From Azolla caroliniana (Eukaryota; Plantae; Polypodiophyta): a DNA stretch of 64,000 bases. Location: assembly GCA_043228905.1 (NCBI GenBank), contig JBHGNT010000018.1, positions 2,356,001 to 2,420,000 of the forward strand. Direction: 5' to 3'. Both the position numbers and the translations under genes were made by a program. A model generated the notes under the pieces. That model saw only the letters and a program-made list of their open reading frames with translations, searched no databases and was not told the origin of the DNA. The first letter of the stretch is position 1. Every line of letters starts with the position of its first letter. Below are positions 1-11,259 of this stretch, piece after piece.

Positions 1-572
1 AGAGAAGTAAGATAGTAATCTCGTGAATCCCACGAGTTTAGTGTATTTTAAAACAATATTTAGATTATAAGAGTAATTTAGATGGCAAAATTCGTGAATC
101 CCACGAATATATTAGATTGATCAATTCTTCTATATTAATCAACACCCTTATACATATTTCTCTCCTCCTTATATAAAGATGGAAGAGGCTAAGCATGGCT
201 TCATGCTTTTTCACCTAAAGTGCCCATGCATACTAAATGTGCATGTGATGCTTTGTCATTTCCTAAATATAGGGCTCATGCACACTAGATGTGCATGAGT
301 CACTTTTAATGTCACGTGTAAATAAAATATTCACACTCTAAAGAATACATGATTTTTACCTTTTAATAAAGGTATGTGTAAATAAAGGTCTTATACGTAT
401 TAAATCTATATTTATAATACTAAAGATAAGTTATTACAATGGTAAAGTTGGGGTTTATCTACGTGGAGGTGCATGGTTCGAATCTTGCCCTATGCACGTG
501 ATAAATTCTTTTGATATATTATTTATTTATTTATATGTATCTAAAATCGGATATATTATTTTATGGTTTTCA
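1..572 (-). mobile_element. Probable end of an LTR inserted into Gypsy element A (continues left of the window)
   Basis: AT-rich block ends in ...GGTTTTCA (572) exactly where GC-rich Gypsy coding sequence starts. TATA-like motif on the minus strand near 170. The other end and the TSD are not visible. Confidence 0.45.
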
Positions 573-580
573 CGTAGTGT

Positions 581-3500
581 GTGGAATACACTACGACAGC
601 GTTGCAAGAATGCCAGATTACGTTGCCACTAGGAAGACTCCTACAACTCGTGCCAAGATTCACGGAAGGACTGAAGACGGCCATGACGGCAGGAGAACCA
701 TCACTAGCACCGGTACTCTTCTCGAATCCGGAGGAGGGACCAACGGTGGTGGACACCAGCAGTCCGGTAATCATTGCCATTGTAAAAGGGAAAGAACTCC
801 CCAGCACAGTTATAGACGGAGGCTCTGGGGTGAATGTAATAAGCCTCCGAACGTGTGATGCCCTAGGAATCCACGAGTGGGAGCCGTGTCCGTTCTGGTT
901 GCGGATGGCCGATACAAGCTCAGTGCGGCCGACAGGATTAATACGGAAATTAGAAGTCACCGTCGGCGGTCATACATTTCACATCTCGGCAGTAGTGCTA
1001 CAATTACAGGCACAAGGCGCATACCCGCTATTGCTGGGGCGGGCATGGTTGAAAACGGCACATATCAAACAGAATTGGAGGAAAAATATAATTACCTTCC
1101 GGCGAGGAAAAGCCAAGGTACGGGTACCAACACAGCCAAGGACGAGCACTGGCAAGGAATGTACACCGTTGTATGTGGAATGCGTCAACATGCTAGAAGG
1201 GTTAGCTAACGAAGAAGAAGCTCAGTACTTGCAGGAAAACCCGAAGATCATACCCCTCTTCGAAATTGACATTGCCGAAGCAGTAGCACCATACTTACCG
1301 CAACCGGAAGAGGTTGAAGCAGAACCGGATAAAGACGCAATCCGGGAGTTACGGCAAGCGCAGGAAGCGTTGGAACGGGAAATGGCCGTTTCACAATGCG
1401 TAAAAGCGTCGCAACTGGAAGAGGTGAACCTAGGGACCACGAACGAAGCAAAACCGGTGCACATCGCCAAGGAGATGAAGTTCGAAGACAAAACGGCGAT
1501 GATCACACTTCTCACGGAATTTCGCGATGTGTTCGCCTGGTCATACGAAGACATGTGAGGACTCGACCCTCAGTTATACCAACATCAGGTGCACTTGAGC
1601 AAGGACGCAAAACCAATGGCACAAATACAGTACCGGATGAATCCCAATTATGCCGCCAAAGTCAAGGAGGAAATCGACAAACTACTAAGAGTTGGCTTTA
1701 TCCGTCCGGTAATGAAAGCAGTACCGAAGAAGAACAGAAAATTTCGAGTTTGTGTGGACTACCGGAAACTCAATGCAGCTACGGTAACGGATGCGTTTCC
1801 ACTTCCGTTCACAGATGGAGTGTTGGATGTCGTCGCCGGCCATGAGGTCTATAGTTTCCTAGACGGATTCAGCGGGTATAATCAGATCCGGATGCAGCCC
1901 GACGACCAAGAGAAAACGGCTTTCGTCACCGAATGGGGGGTGTTTGTGGCCGTGGTGATGATGTTCAGACTCAAAACGGCACCGGCAACATTTCAACGAA
2001 TCATCATGGAAATCTTTGGTGAATATATTCCGGCTTTTATGCAGGTTTTCCTTGACGATTTCGCCGTCTATAGCCGGGAGGAGGACCATTTTCAGCACCT
2101 CCGCCTTTGTCTTGAAAACTGTAGAGCGTACCAACTAAGCTTGAATCCGACAAAATGTGTATTTGGCGTGTCCAATGGAACTCTATTAGGACATATTGTG
2201 AGCCAAGAAGGTATTGCAGTCGACCCGGACAAAGTGAAAGCCATATTAGAAGCACCGGCGCCGGCAACGGCAAAGGCATTAAGCCAGTTCTTAGGCCAGA
2301 TCTGGTGGCACAGCCGGATGCTCCGATACTTGGCCGACCTGGCTACACCGTTACATGCCGTCGTACATCGGACACCATTCCAGTGGACCAACACCGAGGA
2401 TAGGGCGTATAGGGCCCTCAAGGTACTATTGTCGCAGGCACCGGTAGTGTAGCCTCCGGATTGGAGTAAAGAATTTCACGTGTTCGTGGACGCCTCCGAC
2501 ATCGCAATCGGAAGCGTACTGATGCAGCTTACGGAGCCAAAGTGGTACCGGCCAGTGTACTATGCCAGCCGAAAGCTATCCCAAGCAGAACGGAACTACT
2601 CTACCACGAAACGGGAAGCTCTAGGGATGATCTACAGTGTGACAAAGTTTCGGCATTATTTATTGGGAAGGAAGTTTTCCTTCCATGTAGATCATTCGGC
2701 ACTCCTTTACCTGGTGTCCAAAGCATCACTCACCGGCAAATTGGCCCGGTGGACCTTACTGTTACAGGAATTCGAGTTTGAAATATTCCACCGACCCGGT
2801 ATACAACATGCCGTGGCGGATTACTTAAGCCGATTAGAGTCCGGAGAGACGGGTGACGGAGTAGCGGATGAGTTTCCGGATGCGGAGCTGTTTCGAGTCA
2901 CTACGGAGACGGCAGCAGATGAGACGGTGGCACAGGAAGACAAGTGGCTCACAAATATGCACCAGTTTCTGAGCACAGGACTGCCTCCGGAAGAGATGAA
3001 CCGGGACGAACGGAAATGCCTGGCGGTGCAAAGTCGACATTTCTGCTTACTGCAACACACACTTTACCACAAGGGCGCGGACGGCATATGGAGACGGGCG
3101 GTGCGCAGCGATGAAAAGGAACTGATACTGAGGGAAGCCCACTGCGGAGTTGCCGGAGGTCACTATGCCGGAGATGCGACGGCCAGGAAAATATGGCAAA
3201 GTGGCCTATGGTGGCCAACGACATTAAGAGATGCGGTACGGTACGGAAAAGAATGTGACCTATGCCAGCGAATGGGCCAGCCAACAGAGCAGGCTCGTAT
3301 GCCACACCATCCGGTACTACCACTCGAGCCATTCTAGAAGTGGGGGCTGGACTTTGTTGAACCGTTCAAGCCACCGGCAATGAGAACGGGTAAACGGTAC
3401 GTCATCGTCGCGACGGATTACTGCACGAAATGGGTGGAGGCCAAAGCTTTAAGGGACAACACCGCTGCGTCAACGGCGAAATTTCTATACGAGTATATCT

Positions 3501-5011
3501 GGTGTCGTTACGGATGCCCAATTGAATTAATAAGCAACCAAGGGGGGCACTTTCTCGGCCAAGTAGTGGAAAGCCTGACAACATTCTATGCCGTTGTCCA
3601 CAAACGGAGCACACCTTACTATCCGCAAGCGAACGGTTTAGCGGAATCAACGAACAAGACGCTCCAGAATATCCTCCGGAAGATCGTCAACGAAAACCGA
3701 ACGGATTGGGATACCAAGCTACATAGCGCGCTTTGGGCATACCGGACGGCATACAAAACGAGCATCCGAACAACACCGTTCCGGTTAGCATTCGGACTAG
3801 AGGCGGTAATGCCGGTGGAATTCCAAGTACCCAGCTTACGGATCCAGCTACGGGAACGGCTGAACGAGAAGGAGTCGGAGGCAATACGTGACGGGAACTG
3901 TACCCTCCCTCTACGCAACGCTCGGCCACAACCGAGCTTAGGATCATACACAGAAAAACGGGAAATAAATTCACGCAACACAAAGGAAAGAAAGGGTACA
4001 CAGAATGTTTACGTGGAAAACCCAAAGAGGGAAAAACCACGGCAGCCCACAGGCTGCAAACTATCACTATGTTGGAATGTACAAAGCAGTGAGTTCACGG
4101 AGGCAACGACCTCGTACTCACGATCCTCGCCACAGGCGGCGGTTACAACAGAGGCAGCGACCTCTTTCTCTCTCTCTCTCTCTCTGTACACTATTACGTG
4201 CTCTCTCTTCTTCTTGCACCAACAAGAAAATGACAACAACACCTAAAAAGGTTTGCCCTAAGTCATATTTATACTAATATGACTTTTCGGCTATTTACAA
4301 ATATAGCCACGGTGGGCTCTTCAGAAACATATTTACGAATATGTCTCTTCATCCGGAGAGCATTCCTCACCGGGTCTGCGCCATCCGGCTCTCCATAGCC
4401 GGGTACTCCTCATCCGGTTCATACCAGGTCTGCGCCATCCGGCTCTCCGTAGCCGGGTCCTCCTCATCCAGTTCATACCGGGTCTGCATCATCCGGCTCT
4501 CCGTAGTCGGGTCCACCTCATACGGTTTCCCTTCCCATCCAGAGGGACCTGTCTCCCAACAATATGGTTGACAGCGTTGTGTGAACTCGAGGAACAACGA
4601 CTGGCAAGCATCCTGCACTTAGAATTGGAACAACGGCGACAGAAAGCATTTGTCGACCGGCACAGGAAAGGAAACGAAAAAATGTTCGCAATCGGCAAAC
4701 CGGTGTTAGTATTTCAGACCCAGATGGGCAAGATGCCGGGTAAACTACGGTTTAGATGGACCGGACCGTATTGGCTAACACGAGAGTATAATGGGTCCTA
4801 CCAGTTAGGGACACTTGCCGGCGAAGTGCTAGGCAAATGGGTCAACGGATTCCGATTGAAGCCATATAGAGGACCGATGCCTAAGAACCCATTTGAGCAA
4901 AGGACCGACACCAGTGAGGGAAACGGCAACCACCAAGACGGCAGAGACGGCGAGCCGGTAACTGGGGAGAAGGAGGCTGGTAAGGGTCCGAGAGGACCAA
5001 CAGACAAGTAA
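581..5011 (+). pseudogene. Gypsy pol of element A (protease, RT, RNase H, integrase)
   Basis: VIDGGSGVN protease; FLDGFSGYNQI and FLDD RT; FVDASD RNase H; H-x6-H..CDLC zinc finger; YYPQANGLAE integrase core; GPY motif. One frame broken by stops at about 1556, 2450 and 3335 and by a solo LTR at 3889-4561. Confidence 0.95.
3889..4561 (-). mobile_element. Solo LTR of the Copia family of element D
   Basis: TG...CA ends; TSD ATACG (3884-3888) / ATATG (4562-4566). Removing it restores integrase ESEAIRLTALCELEE. Reverse complement resembles the LTR at 21829-22743. Confidence 0.92.
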
Positions 5012-5383
5012 CGTCACACTAATAATAATAATAACCAAAAAAAAAAAAAAAACAATCATGCAAAAGCGAGGAATGAATAGATGAAAGAGCGAGGAGCGAA
5101 AAGGTACGTAGTGGGCATTTAAAGCGCCACCACAGGACATAATGCTATTTTAGTACACGACATGCACACACTCGAAAAAGGCGCCAGAATGCACAGACAA
5201 AAACCACTGCGCGTAGAGACCCTTTACTTTTGCGAACCCAGGAGCACAGAAGCACCAAGACGCTGCAAGATCATCAGACGAGAACCTACGCACAGAGAAC
5301 CCCCGCTTTCTGAACTCTCTCTCTCTCAATCTCACTCTCATCACCATCCAACCTCGCCACCACAATCCGACCTCGACACAGAC

Positions 5384-8160
5384 ATGGACCCGCAAATGCT
5401 GTCGGAAGCCGCCAAGACATGGCTAAAGCAACACGGGCTCGAGGGCTTCTTGATGATGATGGAAGTACCGCCACACAAAGAAGCCGACAAAGTGATCAAA
5501 GAAATCGATACAGAGGTCATAACGGCAGAGGCGATTCGAGCGTTAACAGGCCTTCCGGAGGGAGGCATACTCACGATTGACAATCCAACCTCGGAGCAAC
5601 TCATCAGGTATTTTGGTGAGTACTCTCTAGCCAGCAAGGGCTACCGGACACAGGGCGGCGGAGATATGTTGTTCCGCGAGATTGCTCGTGTGCTCCACGA
5701 ATACGGCCACGTGTACCCTAGACCCCCTGTCATGCCGCAAAACCGGGCAGGGATGATCATCGCCACCTATGAAGGGATCAAGGTGGATTGGCCGGTATTG
5801 ATCGCAGACGGGTTGTGTGCGGCGATCGAGATTGTCAGAGGCAAAGACGGCAAAGAAGGCTGAGACGGACGGAGGATATGGCACGTCGTAACGGAGTGGC
5901 TCACCTTGCTTGTGCCACCCGTCCAGCCCAAGAAGCGAGGAAGAGTGGCAGACGGCACCCCAAAGACGGCTTCCAAACGACAACAGTTGTTGGCCTCTAA
6001 GGCCACTAAGGGGAAGGCGGCGGATGCAGAACAGGTGGGAAAGGAGAGCGGCAGCCGGAAGCGGCCAACGGATGCGCAGGAGGAACCACCGGCACGGCCC
6101 GTAAAGGTTACACTCCGCCGACCGGTGAATAGAGAAGCGGACCCCTTGGCGGCAAAACTCAATGTCGGGACTCAGGAAGAGGAAATAGAGGAGGAGCCTA
6201 CGGAGCACCTCCGGCGACGGTCGTCGGCAAGGACCGTTGAGGCAGCCGGGAAACGATCGGACCCTCAGACGGAGGGAACACCGGCTCCCCATACTGAGAC
6301 TCCCACGCCAAGGAAGGAACCGGAACCGGTGCACATGGCACCAGAATCAGAAGCCCCGGCACCACCGGCAACACCGGCAAGTCCCATCCCGCCAGAGCCG
6401 GAAAGGTCAATGCAGCCTCCCTCGGCCAGCCAAGAAGAAGCGCAAGGGGAACAAGGACTGCAGGATGGTCCACGGGCAGAAACGGAACTGCAACTCGGCG
6501 CAACCAGGCGGGACTACCCATCTACAAGTGAGCCCATCTGTCAAACCTCCGTGCAAGCACAACAAGGCACCGGTAGCCTATGGCTCCGGTGGATAGGCGA
6601 ACAGATAGCCGGAGCAGTGGGGTATATTGAGGCGGAAGAAAGAGCGCAAAGCGAACGGTTGCTCGTCACAACCGAACAACTAGAGATGGCCCGGTCCAGA
6701 ATCCGGTGCCTTGAAAAAGACTTGGATCAGGTCACGATAGAGATGGCCAAAATGGCCTTAACGACAACACAGATCCAATCACCGGTGACTCCGGTAAGTG
6801 TACAAAATAAAGAAACGGATCGACTTGTACATACCAATAAGACCCCGGCAACGGAAACCATTCCGACGAGAGATGCGGCGCAAGCCCAGGAGCTTGCGGA
6901 ATTGAGAGATGAACTTGCCGCACAGGAAGCACTAAGGAGCCGTGAACGGGAATTGAAGACAGTGGTCGAAGACGAATTAAAGAAGACTGCTGAGAACCTC
7001 CGCCGTGTAGAGGAGAGCCTCCAGAAAGGCCATCAAGCGTACGACCGGCTAAGGGAGGAAAAAGACAAAGTGCTGCAGGAAAAGGACAAGTTGCGGAAGA
7101 CGCGGAAACGGAAATTGAACGGCTAAAGGAAGAGCTCCGCCAACAAAAGGACCGCGAGGACCGGGCCCGTCGACAGATCAACGCACGGCTCAAGCAAAAG
7201 ACAGATGATTTTGAGCACCTGCACCGGGACTACAAACGGCTGGAAACGGAGCATAAGGAACGGATGGCCGAGCTCCAACAGGAAGTTGATCGGGCCGCGA
7301 TGGCGATCGCCGACGAACGTGCGGAAAATACAAGACACTTGGACGAGGTGGAGAAGGTCCGGATGGAGCTCCAGAGGCAGCAGCAGGAAGAAAAAGAGAG
7401 AGCGTCAACAGTATTGCAGAAATTACAAAGCATATATCAAAGGCAATTGACGCATTACAAGGCGCAGGCAGAAGACAACGTCAAAATCATCAAGCAATTG
7501 AAGGAGGAACGGCAAGCGGCGGAAACCAAATCGCAATTGGAAACGGGCCGGATTCAGTCCATCCTCCGGGCATGCCTGAATCAGACAAAACACTTGATTG
7601 ATGAAAGCTCTGTAAGATGGTGGACAAAGTGGGCACAAAACGCGGCGAAACTCCAATTGCTACGGGCAGACGTGGCAAACCGGGGGAAGGAAGGAGATGA
7701 TTGTTATACGTTGACTTCCGAGGACTTCACCGCCATACGGGACGAGCTGGCCGACGACTTCCAAGTCCTGGCGGATGAACAGCTGGCGAAGGTCAGGCAG
7801 CTCGTAGCTCAGCTAGACGATGATAGGCTGGACACTCAAATTCAGTTTGAAAGCTACAAGCGGTCCCGGGTTCGGGAAGAAAAAGCACGGGAAGCGGCAA
7901 CGGTTAACCTTAGTGATGAGGAACCGTCACCGGCTGAGGGCCAGCCCAGAACTAGTCAACCAGAGACCACTACGATGAAGGGAGCAACGACGGAGACGCC
8001 GGTGTCAGAGCAACAAACGGAGGAGCAGCCGCAGCAGCCATCAACGGACCCGTCGCAGCAGACGTCAACAGAGCATCAACAACAACAACAACAACCAATT
8101 CCAGATGAACCATTGGAGACTCTCGAACAAAGCATTCTGGATATTTTGGACGAAGAATAG
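5384..8160 (+). pseudogene. Extra 3' ORF of Gypsy A (about 920 aa): globular N-terminal domain, Pro/Glu-rich linker, long coiled coil, acidic C-terminus
   Basis: ORF pieces 5162-5863, 5906-7126 and 7264-8160 (one stop, one frameshift near 7100). Homologous to 18874-21447; ends DILDEE*. Confidence 0.8.
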
Positions 8161-8170
8161 CAAGGGTTGG

Positions 8171-8205
8171 TTGTGGATTCGACGTACTGTCCCACGGGCA
8201 TGCCA
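8171..8205 (+). promoter_or_regulatory. tRNA-Arg-like 3'-half sequence (inverted PBS) at the PPT position of element A
   Basis: TTGTGGATTCGA-cgtact-GTCCCACGGGCATGCCA, then TG, then the LTR start TGTT. No purine tract next to the LTR. Confidence 0.7.
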
Positions 8206-8207
8206 TG

Positions 8208-8846
8208 TGTTACCGGTCGGCAAAGGAGTCCAAAGTGGGAAATGGAGAGTTATTTAAGTAGTAGGAATGTGGTTGTAATTAAGCTATGAGTGTGGACGGA
8301 CAGACCGGAATCGGTATGCCATTCCGGATCCAGACCGATCCCGAACAGGTGCGGATGGCACCGTTTTGTAATACAAACCGGAAACCTATTTAAAGGCCCG
8401 GATACAATGTAATGAATAGCGGTTAATTAATAAAAGCTTAGCGTTGTTATCTCTCTGTGTAATTGCCGTTCTGTCTTAATTGTTATATCTTACGCGTGTG
8501 ATTATGAAAGACGATCATGCTCAGTAACTTAATTAAGTCGGATTAAGCGTTGAGTCTAATCCGGTTGCCGTAACACCCTTTGGTGAAGTGTCTTCCGTAG
8601 ACACCCTGTGTTAGGCCAATGTCCGGCCCTAAGAGTTAACAAAGCTTAAGAGAGATTAGTGAAGTGCTTAGTTAGAGAACACTAATCTCTCTTCTTTGTT
8701 GGTGCTAGACGTCTTACCAAAGAGGGTTAATAAACATATTCATTACTCTTATTGTCCATAAGAGAGAGTGAGGGAGAGTGAGAGAGATATCGCGCTTAAT
8801 AATCAATTAATCATTAAGTGAGTGTGAGGCTCGGAGGTGTCTGACA
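8208..8846 (+). repeat. 3' LTR of Gypsy element A
   Basis: Starts TGTTACC at the same relative position as the TSD-confirmed 3' LTR of element B. TATTTAAA near 8387; candidate end TCTGACA. Confidence 0.6.
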
Positions 8847-8887
8847 ACCATCTCTATCTGATTCACCATCAAAAGGGCATATGCTGG

Positions 8888-10390
8888 TGTCGTGAAAATC
8901 CGTTAGTAAGTGCGTGTCAAGAACTACACGCTCCGTTTTTGCAACGCTCGGCCTCGACCGAGCCTAGAATAAAACACAGAAAATAGGGAATGAAACACAA
9001 CACGATAGAGAGAAGAGTACACAGGATGTTTACGTGGAAAACCCAAACTCGGGAAAAACCACGGCCACCCACAGACCGCAAACTATCACTATGTCAGAAT
9101 GTACAATAAGAAAGCACCGAGGCCACGACCTCGAGCTTGCTATCTTCGCCACAGGCGGCGGTTACAATCAGAGGCAACGACCTCTTCCTCTCTCTCACTC
9201 TCTCTGTACACAATTGCGCGCTCTAATCTTGCGCCAACAAGAATGACAACTATAATCATAAGTTTGCCCTAAGTCATATTTATACTAATATGACTTTTCG
9301 GCTATTTACAAATATAGCCACGATGGACTCTCAGAAACATATTTACAAATATGTCTCTTCATCCGGTTCTCACCGGGCCTGCAGCATCCCGCTCTCCGAA
9401 GCCAGGTACTCTTCATCCAGTTCTCACCGGGTCTGCACCATCCGTCTCTCCGTAGCCGAGTACTTGTCATCCCGTTCTCACCGGGTCTGCACCATCCGGC
9501 TCTCCGTAGCCGGGTACTCATCATCCGATTCTCACCGGGTCTGCACCATCTGTCTCTCCGTAGTCGGGTACTCGGCTCATCAGTACTGTTCTTCTCACTT
9601 CCCATCCGGAGGGACCTATTTCCTAACAGTGCGGATCGTGAGGCGAAACCATTGGGGTTCTGAACCGGAAGGATTTAGGGCTTAACGCTTAATGCACTTT
9701 AAGCTTAAAGGTGAGAGATTTCGCTCTAATAAGAGTGAATTGATAGTATAAGAGATCGAATCATAGTTAATTACGTTTATGCATAAGCAAATCTTCGAGT
9801 AGGAGATTATGCGAGATTGAATAATACTTAATTATTCTTATGAGTAAGAAGGTTGAGAGTAAGCAAGCATGAATAACACTTAATTTTACTTATACATAAG
9901 AAAAGTTTAAAGGAAGAGATCATGAGAGAGGAAACATAAATCTTTTCTTCTTCAAATCCCCTCCCCCTTCTTCTTAAAATAAGCTCTTATTTATAGGTTT
10001 AGGATTGCTTGCTTCCGTTTTTTCTTTCTTTTTCCCAAAAGTTTCTCTATATGAGTCAAGTTTTCTTTTTATCACTATTTCTGTTCCGTAACTCAAATTT
10101 GACATGCAAGCTACTCTTAGAAGGCTATTTCTGTTAGCTTTCTTATGCATCTTTCCTTTTCTAATTTGGACATTGGTTGAGGAAATTACGAGCTTTTTAC
10201 TTGACCTTGCTCCTCATATCCACGGCTAGCTTTTCTTTTCCTATCTTTTTCTCTACTTTCGAAAACCGCTTCTAACTTTTTATCCTTTCATTTATTACTA
10301 TAGTTGATTTAACAACATTAGTTTATTTGGACTACTATTTTATTCTCTTTTGAGGGTGGTTTCGCACTATGTGTCGAAAACATCACGACA
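8888..10390 (-). mobile_element. Probable solo LTR of a further family (about 785 bp net) containing a nested Copia solo LTR
   Basis: Inverted termini TGTCGTGA...TCACGACA; flanks CTGG/CCGG; minus-strand TATA (CTATAAATAAG) near 9990. Confidence 0.6.
8915..9628 (-). mobile_element. Solo LTR of the Copia family of element D
   Basis: TG...CA ends, perfect TSD GTGCG (8910-8914 / 9629-9633). Homologous to the D LTRs; about four 54-bp repeat units. Confidence 0.93.
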
Positions 10391-10461
10391 CCGGTCCGAG
10401 CTCCGCAAACCACATCAAGGAGGGTTTAACTCCGTCGATACATAGATCTTACACATCTATT

Positions 10462-10479
10462 TGGCACTGCTGCCGGAGA
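10462..10479 (+). promoter_or_regulatory. PBS (tRNA-Asp type, degenerate) of element C
   Basis: TGGCACTGCTGCCGGAGA versus canonical TGGCGCCGTTGCCGGGGA; followed by a long UTR and gag. Confidence 0.65.
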
Positions 10480-10685
10480 AGCAACCGAAGCTTGAAGCCA
10501 ATTTCGAATGATCCAACACTTGTAGGCAACCCACTTAACGAGGGAGGAAATCAAAAGGAAACCATCGTTTTGTTAATTAAAATTTTCACCATTTCATGTT
10601 TTAATTAAGCTAATTTTTTGTTTTTGTTTACTTTTTCTTAGTTTGCCCCCCTAAATGCCCAGACATTAGCAAGTTAATTTTCTGG

Positions 10686-11220
10686 TTAATACTAAGCATT
10701 GTTAAGATTTAGCCATTTTAGGGCAAGGATAATCAACGTGATTCTCGCTAATCACGATCATCCGACTATACATGAAACAACCGTTTGAAAAATAATAAAA
10801 AAATTTCAAATTCAAATTTTTTCGACCAAAGTTCGATGAGAGATCATCTTTCGACAGAAGATCAAAGTTCGACAAAGAAGCACCTTTCAATGAAAGATCA
10901 AAGTTAATACTAAGCATTGTTAAGATTTAGCCATTTTAGGGCAAGGATAATCAGCGTGATTCTCACTGATCACGATCATCCGACTATACACTAAACAACC
11001 GTTTGAAAAAGAATAAAAAAAATTCAAATTCAAATTTTTTCGACCAAAGTTCGACGAGAGATCATCTTTCAACAGAAGATCAAAGTTCGACAAAGAAGCA
11101 CCTTTCAACGAAAGATCAAAGTTCGACGAACCCACAAAGCTTGACAAACGAATATCTTTCGACACAAGATCAAAGTTTGGCAAAAGATCATCTTTCGACA
11201 AGCCCGCAAAGTTCAACGTC
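10686..11220 (+). repeat. Tandem duplication of about 218 bp plus about 36-bp subrepeats in the 5' UTR of element C
   Basis: GTTAATACTAAGCATTGTTAAGATTTAGCC... at about 10686 and 10903; repeated CAAAGTTCGAC units. Confidence 0.85.
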
Positions 11221-11259
11221 GAGACAACACCAGGACCATCCAAAATCCTTCGTCGTACA

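Larger units (their letters stand above)
573..8846 (+). mobile_element. Ty3/Gypsy (non-chromovirus, OTA-like) LTR retrotransposon A, 3' portion: pol + extra ORF + 3' LTR
   Basis: PR-RT-RH-INT order, extra ORF 5384-8160, LTR starting TGTTA at 8208. Right end (...TCTGACA 8846) is inferred. Confidence 0.85.

Noticed and set aside
3889-4246. Novel C-terminal extension on integrase in ORF 3380-4246
   Set aside because: Read-through into the inserted solo LTR.
8171-8205. A tRNA gene
   Set aside because: Only the 3' half is present, with an insert in the T loop and an encoded CCA; no D or anticodon arm.
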